A program made the translations under genes and the position numbers. From the NCBI GenBank assembly GCA_965261545.1, contig CBDHDF010000004.1:96001-160000 (forward strand): 64,000 nucleotides of DNA, given 5' to 3'. The notes under the pieces were generated by a model, which searched no databases, was not told the origin of the DNA, and was given only the letters and a program-made list of their open reading frames with translations. Below are positions 49,932 through 59,342 of the stretch, piece after piece; within the stretch, counting starts at the first letter, position 1; the number at the start of each line of letters is the position of its first letter. Origin of the DNA: Bdellovibrionales bacterium (GTDB lineage Bacteria > Bdellovibrionota > Bdellovibrionia > Bdellovibrionales > UBA1609).

Positions 49932-52079
49932 TTGAACCTGAGTGGTACCCTCGGATGGATACTATTAGCTCCCATGCTCCTCTTTTATCAGAATTGTGGT
50001 ACTTACGATATTTCCCTACAAGAATTCAAAGATGCAGCCGTCAACATTCCTGAGTTTAAATTGGAGGCTCCCACAGAACTTCATAAAATAGATCGCTACA
50101 TATTTCTTGTGGACATGAGCCTCTCCATGGTATCTGGACCATGTTCACAGGATGTGGATGGAGACCTTATTTTTTCCAAAAATCAAAACCGAAAAGCTGT
50201 CAATGGATGGGACCCCAATAAACGCCTATCTCACCTGTCTGATACAGATTATCAACAAAGTACGGCCTACGATTGTTACGTGCGGCCACAGTATGGTCCC
50301 GATGACTACCCCTTGGCCTACCAAGATGCAAATTTCTCAGATTCACCCATCATTCAAAATTCTACCATTCGAGGATCAGACTATGAAGCCCATCGCCTTT
50401 CCCTTGTGACCCAGTGGGTAGCTCAATTGAGAAATAATTTAAGTCCAACAAGAAGAGAACGAGCCCAAATACTCATCGCCCCTTACACCTCGACCAGAGC
50501 GATGAAGCATTTAACTTCCCAAATTCACTTTGAACTCAAATGGGCCGATCTCAACGATGGGTTCATTGACGATCTCCTTGCAGATTTAAAGAAAATCCAT
50601 GAACAAGTCCGCACAGTCGCTGAAGATCAAGATGATTTTCATCGATGGGAAAATCGTCCCATGGGAGCCTCATCGCCCTCGGAAGTCCTTAGCTCCATCT
50701 ATGATATTATACTCAAAAACATGGATGAATTAGCTCAAAAGGGACTCTTACAAAGAGCTGTTTACTATATAACTCTTCTCTCAGATGGAATGTTAACACC
50801 CACCAGAAAACAAATAGACCTTGCTGTATCCACTCATCATGAATGTGCATCATGCATGGATTCAGGCAACACCTGCCCTTATAAACCTTGTGGAAAAATC
50901 AGAGAGGGCCTTGAAAAAATCCTAGGGCCTGCGGACATAGATGCTAAAACTCTTCTCGCTTTAAGAATGGGTAAGATCCAAGCGCTAAATGCTCTATTTG
51001 GTTCAGGTCAGATCGTCAACCACCTTGTCCAGATAAACAAAGATTATTATAATAAAGTTTACGGAAAGTTTGAAAGCCTATTTGATATCTTATCTGAAGG
51101 ATTTGAAAAACATCATTACGCATATAATCTATGGGAATCTGAAGGCACTAAACTTCCCTTTCCCCTTGCTATAAAGGACAATGAACACAAAAATTTCGCC
51201 CTAGATCAAACCATCATTCTCAATCCTTATATTCGCACATCCACAAATGGCCTCATCCAATATGACTCTGATGCCGATGGACTGCTTGATAGCGATGAGG
51301 AGGCCATGGGTACAGACCCTCTCAACCCCAGATCCAACGGAATTTGTTTAGATAGTCTCGCCACTCACAGTGCTCATGAAGAAAAATGTAGAAATCTTAC
51401 TCAAGTACTCGACTGTAATCCCTATTTTGATCCAGACAGAGATTCTCTCAATGAATGTGAAGAAAATCTTATAGGTACATCTCCCCTTGATTTCGACACA
51501 GACAACGACTCTATACCCGATTATTTTGAATGGACTTATCAATTAAACCCACTTCTCAATGAAAAAGATTTGGACTCAAATGGTGATGGAGTGACCAATC
51601 TTAAAGCCTTCTTAGCGGGTCTAAGTCCCTATCATGGCTTTGACAACCTTGAAGAAGGCACCTATGTAAGATTTGAAATCAATGAAATATTACACAAAGA
51701 CAAATCAAAACCGTCTGAATCCCGTTTTTCCATAAATATTCAAAATATACCTCTTAGCTCAGGGGTGAAATATGGTTCCATTCCAAGACAGCAATCCTGT
51801 CTTCTCTATCATACGCGTCAACTGGGGGCTTCCCATGAAGAGAATTGTACACAAAATCCCATCAAAGAAGATCAACTCTTCTTTCAATTGAACTCTCGCC
51901 CCGGATTTAACAAGGCTCTGGCTTTATTGAGAGTCAGAAATAAAAATATTAAAAATGACATAGCTTGGAAGATCATGAGGATTGATCTGCAAGAGGGAGC
52001 GCATAAAGATAAAATATTTATCAACTCCCTTGTTAACAATTTTAAAGATTTCAATGTATTAGATAGAATTGATGAATAA
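49932..52079 (+). CDS. VWA-domain lipoprotein with Ca-binding (TSP3-like) repeats
   Basis: Lipobox FYQNC; MIDAS FLVDMSLS...LLSDG; DSDADGLLDSDE-GTDP, DPDRDSLNECEE, DTDNDSIPD, DSNGDG. Confidence 0.85.
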   Translation: MNLSGTLGWILLAPMLLFYQNCGTYDISLQEFKDAAVNIPEFKLEAPTELHKIDRYIFLVDMSLSMVSGPCSQDVDGDLIFSKNQNRKAVNGWDPNKRLSHLSDTDYQQSTAYDCYVRPQYGPDDYPLAYQDANFSDSPIIQNSTIRGSDYEAHRLSLVTQWVAQLRNNLSPTRRERAQILIAPYTSTRAMKHLTSQIHFELKWADLNDGFIDDLLADLKKIHEQVRTVAEDQDDFHRWENRPMGASSPSEVLSSIYDIILKNMDELAQKGLLQRAVYYITLLSDGMLTPTRKQIDLAVSTHHECASCMDSGNTCPYKPCGKIREGLEKILGPADIDAKTLLALRMGKIQALNALFGSGQIVNHLVQINKDYYNKVYGKFESLFDILSEGFEKHHYAYNLWESEGTKLPFPLAIKDNEHKNFALDQTIILNPYIRTSTNGLIQYDSDADGLLDSDEEAMGTDPLNPRSNGICLDSLATHSAHEEKCRNLTQVLDCNPYFDPDRDSLNECEENLIGTSPLDFDTDNDSIPDYFEWTYQLNPLLNEKDLDSNGDGVTNLKAFLAGLSPYHGFDNLEEGTYVRFEINEILHKDKSKPSESRFSINIQNIPLSSGVKYGSIPRQQSCLLYHTRQLGASHEENCTQNPIKEDQLFFQLNSRPGFNKALALLRVRNKNIKNDIAWKIMRIDLQEGAHKDKIFINSLVNNFKDFNVLDRIDE

Positions 52080-52167
52080 TAAGACAAGCTCAATGAGGTA
52101 AAATTATAAAATTATTGAGAGAAAACTCTGAGAGAAAACTATTGAAAAAAATAATGAGGCAGCACTT

Positions 52168-54048
52168 TTGAAAAAAATCATCTTATTTTCTATTTTATTT
52201 TTTTCTTTTGCAATTACTTTTCAGAATTGCTCTAAACATTCACTCGTCTTAATTGAAGAAGAAGTCAAGTCGATTCCTTCCTCCATAGGATTGACAGCAA
52301 GTCTCTGCTCTGGAGTTTCTTCTTTGAGTATGGAAAACAATAAATTTCTCGTTGTCTTAGATATGTCAACATCCAATATAGGAGATTGGAGAACAGAAGA
52401 CGATAAATCCTATTGGGATCCCAGCCTTGGAACAGATATCCATGGAGTGCGATTTCAGTCCATTGAGAATCTTATTTCTTCATGTGCTTCATCAGCAGGA
52501 AACAAATTTGCCTTCATTGGATTTGCTAAAGATGCGGGTCGGATTAGTTATGATAGTAATAAGCGAGCCTATTTAACCTGCAATAATATGGAAAAGATTT
52601 CCTTCAAAAGCAAAGAAGAAGCACTCCGCGAGTTAGAAGTATTCAAAAACGCCTGGAAATCAGAAGAAAAATACTACAGCCAATGGCTAAATCGTCCATA
52701 CAATAACTACCCATGGCGCTGGTCAGATGCTCTTAGAAGAACTTCTTACAATTCAGCTATTCAATGTTCTCGCACAGTTATATATAAAGATCTCCAAAAG
52801 TCTTATGAGCAACAAGTGAGCAACTATCAGGTTCTATTCCTCTCAGATGGAGCCCCTTTTTATCATCCTGAAACAGCCCACCCCTGCGCTAGTGCTGGAG
52901 AGCCAGGGTCAGAAGCGAGAGATGAGTGCTATAACGAAAGAGTCAGTCTCACACTTAAAAATATTTTTACAGATGTAAAAGCCCTACGTCGCAGAATTAA
53001 TTTATTTGTGGTAGGTTACGGCATTGATAGTGACGAAGATTTTAAATTTCTTGAAAGCTTAGCTTCCTCAGTGCAAGTAGGTGTTTCTCCTAGAAAAATT
53101 GATAGCTTCGAGCAAGATGCAGATGTTTTATGTAAATTTATTTCAAGTAGATTAGGCGTTGAAACTTACATCGACTCTCTTGGAATTGTTGTCTTAAGTC
53201 TTCGCCAAGAGGGTGGGCAGTACTGGAGTGATAGTGATATGGACGGCATTCTCGATAAAGACGAAGTCGATCTAGGATACGATCCACAACATCCACGCAG
53301 TGGAGTTCCTGGAGTCTTGGATGGAGTTTGTGAAAAAATAGGTGGTATCGAAGCCTGCCGCCAAGTCGCCCAAAAAGTCATCTGTGATGCAAATTCATTG
53401 AGCCTCGATGGTTTTTCTGATTGTGACACCAAAATCATAAAACAGCACTGGAGCCACTTGAGCCCAGAAAATGATTCAGATTATTGGAACTCTACAGACT
53501 GGGATAAGGATAGTGTACCAAATTTCATTGAAATTGTAAAAGGAACAGATCCTTTTATTGATGATATGAATCGTGATCCCGATAACGACGGACTCAACAC
53601 AATGTTTGAAATTATGCACTCGAAGAATCCTTTTGAACACGAAAGCCTTGCAAATCCTAATTTGCTACCCGTGGTGATAAATCATCAGGATACCAAGGTC
53701 ACTGAAAAACAATGCACTGGAAGTGGTAAGAACTTTTTAACCCTCGAAAGTATGCCCCCAATTTCCAGTCAAGCCACGACCAAGAATGGTCTTAGGGATT
53801 CGCTGCAACACGAAGCCGACGAACACATTGTCGCTATTTTCTCATCCAAAAAATCCAGAAACCACACTCTAGCTAACAAAGGAATCAGTGGGAGCTTCAT
53901 TAAACTTCAAAAGAAGGTGATTAAGAGTGAAATAAATAAAAAGAATGGAAGAAGTGAGGAGAGTGACAAAAATGGAGATGAGAAAATTATCTTAACTCCA
54001 TCTATGAAAATATTAACGGAGAAAGAGCTTGAAGATTGGGGATTGTAA
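52168..54048 (+). CDS. VWA-domain lipoprotein with Ca-binding (TSP3-like) repeats
   Basis: Lipobox TFQNC; MIDAS VLDMSTS...RTSY...FLSDG; DSDMDGILDKDE, DWDKDSVPN, DPDNDGLN. Confidence 0.85.
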   Translation: MKKIILFSILFFSFAITFQNCSKHSLVLIEEEVKSIPSSIGLTASLCSGVSSLSMENNKFLVVLDMSTSNIGDWRTEDDKSYWDPSLGTDIHGVRFQSIENLISSCASSAGNKFAFIGFAKDAGRISYDSNKRAYLTCNNMEKISFKSKEEALRELEVFKNAWKSEEKYYSQWLNRPYNNYPWRWSDALRRTSYNSAIQCSRTVIYKDLQKSYEQQVSNYQVLFLSDGAPFYHPETAHPCASAGEPGSEARDECYNERVSLTLKNIFTDVKALRRRINLFVVGYGIDSDEDFKFLESLASSVQVGVSPRKIDSFEQDADVLCKFISSRLGVETYIDSLGIVVLSLRQEGGQYWSDSDMDGILDKDEVDLGYDPQHPRSGVPGVLDGVCEKIGGIEACRQVAQKVICDANSLSLDGFSDCDTKIIKQHWSHLSPENDSDYWNSTDWDKDSVPNFIEIVKGTDPFIDDMNRDPDNDGLNTMFEIMHSKNPFEHESLANPNLLPVVINHQDTKVTEKQCTGSGKNFLTLESMPPISSQATTKNGLRDSLQHEADEHIVAIFSSKKSRNHTLANKGISGSFIKLQKKVIKSEINKKNGRSEESDKNGDEKIILTPSMKILTEKELEDWGL

Positions 54049-54995
54049 TGAAACGCTTATACAGATTCTCTTTATATAAACTCTCTCTGGGAATTTTTGT
54101 GACTGGAGCCATGACTGTCAGTTTCCAAAATTGTGGTGATATAAGTTTAACAGAATCTATCTCTTCAAATTTAGGATCTTCCACCTTAGATATAAGTGGA
54201 TCCCTTTGCTTAGATCCAGGTTTTACATTGACAAATTTTTTCATCACCAACCTCTCTATGAAACCAAATGGCAATGATTTAAGTGCCGATACTGATATTG
54301 ATGGGCTAAGTGACTATTTTGAAATAAAACAAGGTTTTGATCCCAATGTAGCAAGAAGTCAAGGGCCAGTGCTTGATGGAGTCTGCTTTTATCTCACAGA
54401 GACAAATAACTGTCAAAATCTAAACACTCAGTGCGAAGAAAAAGAGCACCCATGGGGGCTTTCTGATTGCGATATTTATGCCTTGAATCTGCAAAGTCAT
54501 AGCTCCTCTCAATTGGGCATTGATAGTGACAATGATGGAATCCCAGATAAAATAGAACTGGTTTTTGACCTTAACCCCGCAGTGAATGACGCTCTTCTGG
54601 ATTATGATAATGATAACATAAATAATATAACCGAAGTCTTACATATGACTCACCCTCGACAGAGCCACTCTTATATACCACAGGTGGAAGAGCCTATTGT
54701 TGCTCGAATAACTTCATCTCAAGAAAAAGAATGTGAAGACGAAGAATGGACATTCACAGCAAAGAATCAGAAAATCTACCATCTGCGATCTCAAGACTCT
54801 TCAAACTCAAACACTCAAGAGCTATTGCCCAATCACTTCCTTATTGTCGCCTTATTAGAAAGGGTCCAAACTTCAAGTGATGTTGAAGAAAAAAGCATGT
54901 ATATTTATCTAAAGAAAAAACCCATGCAAGAATATGAGTCTCTCATCTTCTCTTCAGAAGATTTTCAAGAAGTAGATAATGAATTCTTTAAATGA
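54048..54995 (+). CDS. Lipoprotein with Ca-binding (TSP3-like) repeats, no VWA domain
   Basis: Lipobox SFQNC; DTDIDGLSD, DSDNDGIPDKIE, DYDNDNI; TAATG coupling with the previous gene. Confidence 0.82.
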   Translation: MKRLYRFSLYKLSLGIFVTGAMTVSFQNCGDISLTESISSNLGSSTLDISGSLCLDPGFTLTNFFITNLSMKPNGNDLSADTDIDGLSDYFEIKQGFDPNVARSQGPVLDGVCFYLTETNNCQNLNTQCEEKEHPWGLSDCDIYALNLQSHSSSQLGIDSDNDGIPDKIELVFDLNPAVNDALLDYDNDNINNITEVLHMTHPRQSHSYIPQVEEPIVARITSSQEKECEDEEWTFTAKNQKIYHLRSQDSSNSNTQELLPNHFLIVALLERVQTSSDVEEKSMYIYLKKKPMQEYESLIFSSEDFQEVDNEFFK

Positions 54996-55049
54996 GTAAA
55001 AAATTAATCCTAAGTAATTAATTCTGTAGAGAGGTGAATAAAAACTGCA

Positions 55050-56591
55050 TCACACTCCCCCCGTTGTGACGCTCACACCGTCAATGAGAATATAGGGCGC
55101 CTGGCTTCCTCCCAGCTGACTGTGAATCGTGGAGCCTATAGCTACAATGTTTTTAAGCACTTCAAAGGCATTGCCTGAAACCATAACTTCTTGGACCCCA
55201 TGACTGCGTTCCCCATCGTAAACCCACCAAGAATTTTTGGCCACACCAGAAAAATGGCCTGAAATGGGGTCACAATTCCCACTAAAACGCTTCAAAACTA
55301 AACCTGTTTCCAACTGTTTATAAAGTAATTCTTCAGAAACCCCCTGACTTTGAGAAGGTGCCATCTTTATATTGGAAAAGCCAATGGAAGGAAGAGCCGA
55401 AGCTCCACCCAATGCATTGCCCGTGGGAGAAACTCCTGCTTGGTGGGCACTAAAGCAATTATGGGCTACGAAATTCAAGTGTCCTTCTCGAAGAATTTCC
55501 TGTGGAGAAGTGGGAACTCCCTCTCTGTCAAAGGTTCTCCAACCCTCGGGACGATTCTTATCTAAGGGATCCTCCATGACCTGAAGTCCCTTAGCACCCA
55601 CAACACAACCCACTTGATCTTGCCAAGCACTCACTCCATCGAGATGGTTTTTACCATTGGTATTAAAGGAAATAACAGGGCCCAGAATATCCATCACAGC
55701 CACGGGGTGAAGAAGCACAGTTCCATGGTAGGTTTTGGCGGGGCGAGGCCCCAAAGAATCCACCACAGATTGACGAAATCGCCCTATGGTACGCAAAATA
55801 CCTTCTTCGATTTCAAGGGCACGACTCACACAACCACCGTCATAATCAAAGCTTGTCACCTCTTGGGCTGTCTTGGCCATTCCCATGGCAAACCAAGTGT
55901 ACTGGGTTTGCTTAGCTTTTTGACAAACTCCACGGGAATTCATCACGCTGAAAAACTGCTCTGTGCAAGAAAACTCCGCACGATCCAAGGTCATCTCTTT
56001 GGCTCGATAGGCTTCATCCACAACTCGCCCAAGCCATTGGTAGGCATCTGAAGAAGAAAGGTCGTTGAGGCTTTCGCTCTCAGCATCCATCTCAGTCTTA
56101 TTTTTGCTTTTGCCCTCACTTTCATCTTCGCCCGGATTTTTGCTTCTATTTCCAATATTGCTTCCTGTATTGTCTCTCCTTAAAGCCGCTGGATCCGCAA
56201 GTTGATGGTGCTCACTTGGAATGGAAAAACGAGCCAACTTTTGAGCCTCATCAGCCACCTCAAGAAGTGTGGATACTTCGTTGGAGTTGGACGTGGCAAA
56301 CCCCAGTTGTCCATCCACAATGGAACGAACTCCATAGATCGCCGTGCTGTTGCTCTTACTTACAGAGAAATCCCGACCTTCGTAAACCACATTGAACTCG
56401 TTGGTGTGTTGAGCATAAACCTCTCCTGGTTTTCCCTGAAGTCGCTCTAGGATCATTTCACTGTTTTTAAGCAGTTGTTTTTGGATGGAATCTTGTTGTG
56501 CAGACCCTTGCTGTGAAGAACCCTGCTGTGCAGAATCCTGTTGTAGAGAACCATGTCCGAAAAAGCCTTGTCGTAAAGAACCGATTCTCAT
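55050..56591 (-). CDS. pmbA: TldE/PmbA family protein
   Basis: FDREGVPT, PTGNA, SGHFSG, MVSGN; no HExxxH; downstream of tldD. Confidence 0.88.
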   Translation of the reverse strand: MRIGSLRQGFFGHGSLQQDSAQQGSSQQGSAQQDSIQKQLLKNSEMILERLQGKPGEVYAQHTNEFNVVYEGRDFSVSKSNSTAIYGVRSIVDGQLGFATSNSNEVSTLLEVADEAQKLARFSIPSEHHQLADPAALRRDNTGSNIGNRSKNPGEDESEGKSKNKTEMDAESESLNDLSSSDAYQWLGRVVDEAYRAKEMTLDRAEFSCTEQFFSVMNSRGVCQKAKQTQYTWFAMGMAKTAQEVTSFDYDGGCVSRALEIEEGILRTIGRFRQSVVDSLGPRPAKTYHGTVLLHPVAVMDILGPVISFNTNGKNHLDGVSAWQDQVGCVVGAKGLQVMEDPLDKNRPEGWRTFDREGVPTSPQEILREGHLNFVAHNCFSAHQAGVSPTGNALGGASALPSIGFSNIKMAPSQSQGVSEELLYKQLETGLVLKRFSGNCDPISGHFSGVAKNSWWVYDGERSHGVQEVMVSGNAFEVLKNIVAIGSTIHSQLGGSQAPYILIDGVSVTTGGV

Positions 56592-57991
56592 TATTGAGCC
56601 CCCCCCACAAGCAGTTGACAACGCAAGTAGGGACCTCCAGCATCAACCTTGGCAGGCTGGCCTTTTCCACAATAGCCAGACCCTAGGTCCCATCGAAAAT
56701 CCTTACTGACAGCATCCACAGACTTCAAAACATCAAAGGCTTTCCCCGAAACAGTGAGTTCTCGAACAAAGCTCCTCAATCGACCCTTTTCAATGCGTCG
56801 AACTTTGGAGGCTCCAAACATAAATTCCCCCGTGGCATCTGCTTGCCCCCCACCGGGGCCATCGATATAGTAACCTTCTTCAATGCCAGCAATCATGTCA
56901 TCTAAATTATCTTCCCCAGGTTCAATATAAGTGTTGCGCATACGAATGAGAGGTTCATCGTTAAAAGCCCAAGCCCTTGCGTTTCCTGCGGGCTCCACAC
57001 CAAATTCAAAGGCAGACTCTCTGTTGTGAAGGTAACTGACAAGTTGACCCTTTTGGATGATCGTCACTTTTTTGCACAAAACACCTTCGTCATCCACGGG
57101 AAGCTCTCCTCCTGCGCCCCCACAGTATTCACTGTGGCCACTATCGCAGAGAGTGACTACGGGGGAGGCCACCATTTGGTCTAATTTTCCCGACGCCACA
57201 GACCCTGCCCTCACAAAATCAGCTTCTACAGTATGTCCAATGGCCTCATGGCTGAGAAGTCCCACCATGGCGGGAGCTAAAATAACAGTCTTTTTGCCAC
57301 CTTCTCCCTCGGGGGCCTTAAGCATCTCCACGGCTTCTTCGGCAGCTTGACCAATGAGTTGTTCAATGGGTTTATTCTGAAACAGGCACTCCCAACTCCC
57401 CGTGCCTCCCACACTTTCTCGGCCATAGGAGCGAAGGCTTCCATCGGCACCAAAGGCCAATAAACGAAGTTCAGGCCGGGCCAACTGAATATGGCAGTGG
57501 GCACCATCAGAGGTGAGAATCATTTTCTCTTCAAAGATCTCTGAATACAAACAAGAGGCCGCTTCAATTTTTTGAGCCTCTGCGCTGAGTTGTTGTTCGG
57601 TCTTTTTGACAAAATCAAACTTTTCCTCCATGGGCATAGCCCATAACTCTTTGTACCCTGGAATAACAAAATTCCCTTGGGCAAGACGCTGGGTGGCTTT
57701 AAGTTCAATTTTTTGTTTTTTTCGAGGAGCTAAATCCTGCGCCAACTGCTGAGCTTTTTGCAAGGCTTGCTCCAAACCCCCAGGGGAAAGATCGGATGTG
57801 GAGGCAAAGCCCCAGGTTCCATCAATAAGCACACGAATCCCCACCCCACCAAATTGCTTCGAACTCATTTCATTGACCTCTCCCTTCCGAACACCCAAAG
57901 AGCGGCGACGCTGATTGTGATATCGAATCTCTGTCCAATATTGAGCTTGGGACAAAGTGCGCTCAAGCTTTTCTCTCAATGAATCTTCCAT
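56591..57991 (-). CDS. tldD: TldD metalloprotease
   Basis: GVGIRV, WGFAS, HEAIGHTVEAD, DDEG, RMRNTYI, CGKGQ; start chosen at ATG 57991. Confidence 0.93.
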   Translation of the reverse strand: MEDSLREKLERTLSQAQYWTEIRYHNQRRRSLGVRKGEVNEMSSKQFGGVGIRVLIDGTWGFASTSDLSPGGLEQALQKAQQLAQDLAPRKKQKIELKATQRLAQGNFVIPGYKELWAMPMEEKFDFVKKTEQQLSAEAQKIEAASCLYSEIFEEKMILTSDGAHCHIQLARPELRLLAFGADGSLRSYGRESVGGTGSWECLFQNKPIEQLIGQAAEEAVEMLKAPEGEGGKKTVILAPAMVGLLSHEAIGHTVEADFVRAGSVASGKLDQMVASPVVTLCDSGHSEYCGGAGGELPVDDEGVLCKKVTIIQKGQLVSYLHNRESAFEFGVEPAGNARAWAFNDEPLIRMRNTYIEPGEDNLDDMIAGIEEGYYIDGPGGGQADATGEFMFGASKVRRIEKGRLRSFVRELTVSGKAFDVLKSVDAVSKDFRWDLGSGYCGKGQPAKVDAGGPYLRCQLLVGGAQ

Positions 57992-58095
57992 AAAAATCAC
58001 CCTACCATAAGTCGTTTTGGTTGTTAGACGACAATGCCATACGATCACTGAATTGCAAAAATCAGGTGATGGCCGACGATGTGAGCTGCTACTTT

Positions 58096-59157
58096 TCAAT
58101 GAGAAGAATATCTATGAATAACTTCAAGAATAGCTTCTTTGGCTTGGGAGGTGAGTTCGGGGTTGGCTTTTAAGGGCTTGCCGACAAAACGATCTTCCAC
58201 TTCCCACATGGCAACATATCTGGGAGGGCTTCCTTGAAGTCGTGAACCCTTAAAGGTTTTTTTGCCATCCATGACCTCACGCCAAACAGAGCGCAGAAGA
58301 GTCCAAAATTCTTTTCTGGGCTCGGACCAATCCTGAGCGGCTTGGCAATGGTTATTTGGTAGACGCACGTACCAATTCCGGCCATTTTCTTGAGCTAGGG
58401 GTGTTTTTTCTCCCTTGGACCAAATCATCTTGGTGTTATCTTGTCTTTCCAACCAGCTTGTTCCAAAGGTTGTAACTCTCGAAGTTCGCATGAGTGTGTT
58501 GTAGTCTCTACGCCCCATATCTCTTGTCTCTCGCCCAGGGATTGGAGAGTAGCTGGAGCAAGTCCAATCTATTTCGGGTCCATTGATGCGAATATTGCTG
58601 GCGCATTGATGTCTTGGACCATTATCCAAGCTTGTGATTTTGCGTAGCCATAGTTCCTGGCGCCATGGTTTTTGTTCTGGTTCTCGGTGGGTCGCTAAGG
58701 GTTGGGGAATCCAAGTTTGCGGTCCCGTGAACTCATACCAAAAGGTTGGGCTTTGCTCCCAAATTTCGGTATGATGTTTAAGCATACTTCCCTCAGTGTG
58801 GTACCCCGATGCGTTCGTGCCAAAGAGAATATGCTGTAGAACAATTTCATTGCCCTCTCTCACCGAGAAAATCCACTCTTTTACAAGGCTGCTTTCATTG
58901 ACTTTATAAACCCTTGTATCTTTTTTATAACCTTCGTCAATGGCTTTTGTCTCATAGTAACTGTAATCAACGAGGTAGCATCCTGCTAAACTCTCCACCT
59001 TGCTAGGGGGAGCCAAGCTGGTGGCTTTTGCTAGGGTGGAGTGGAACAGTGATGCTGAGCAGACCCATACCAAGAGAGCTGTAAATATCGTCTTAAACAT
59101 CACTTTAAAGGTCATATTAACTATCATCTTTCGACATACGGATATTTTATTAGACAT
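58096..59157 (-). CDS. Secreted hypothetical protein (DUF6607-like)
   Basis: Signal peptide; LAGCYLVDYSYYET, EW, LQHIL, KHH..W, QDNTK, FW...R..W motifs. Confidence 0.6.
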   Translation of the reverse strand: MSNKISVCRKMIVNMTFKVMFKTIFTALLVWVCSASLFHSTLAKATSLAPPSKVESLAGCYLVDYSYYETKAIDEGYKKDTRVYKVNESSLVKEWIFSVREGNEIVLQHILFGTNASGYHTEGSMLKHHTEIWEQSPTFWYEFTGPQTWIPQPLATHREPEQKPWRQELWLRKITSLDNGPRHQCASNIRINGPEIDWTCSSYSPIPGRETRDMGRRDYNTLMRTSRVTTFGTSWLERQDNTKMIWSKGEKTPLAQENGRNWYVRLPNNHCQAAQDWSEPRKEFWTLLRSVWREVMDGKKTFKGSRLQGSPPRYVAMWEVEDRFVGKPLKANPELTSQAKEAILEVIHRYSSH

Positions 59158-59342
59158 TTTTTTTATCTCCCTTTATTCTTGTTTGTTCTTAATTAATTCT
59201 CAATGATTCCTATGATTCCTATGATTCTTGACTCATTCTTTTATTTTGTAAAGCTGCGACTGATTTAATGACGCATTGATCCAGCTACATGTTGATTCAA
59301 TGAGGAGAATATCTGCTCCAGTAGTTCAAGTGTCATAATGTC

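Noticed and set aside
46766..55050. tRNA-Val-anchored integrative island
   Set aside because: No integrase and no duplicated tRNA 3' end found; the cluster lies on the 5' side of the tRNA.
55050..59157. TldD/E plus neighbour as a RiPP cluster
   Set aside because: No precursor peptide, YcaO or other modification enzymes nearby; an ordinary tldDE pair.
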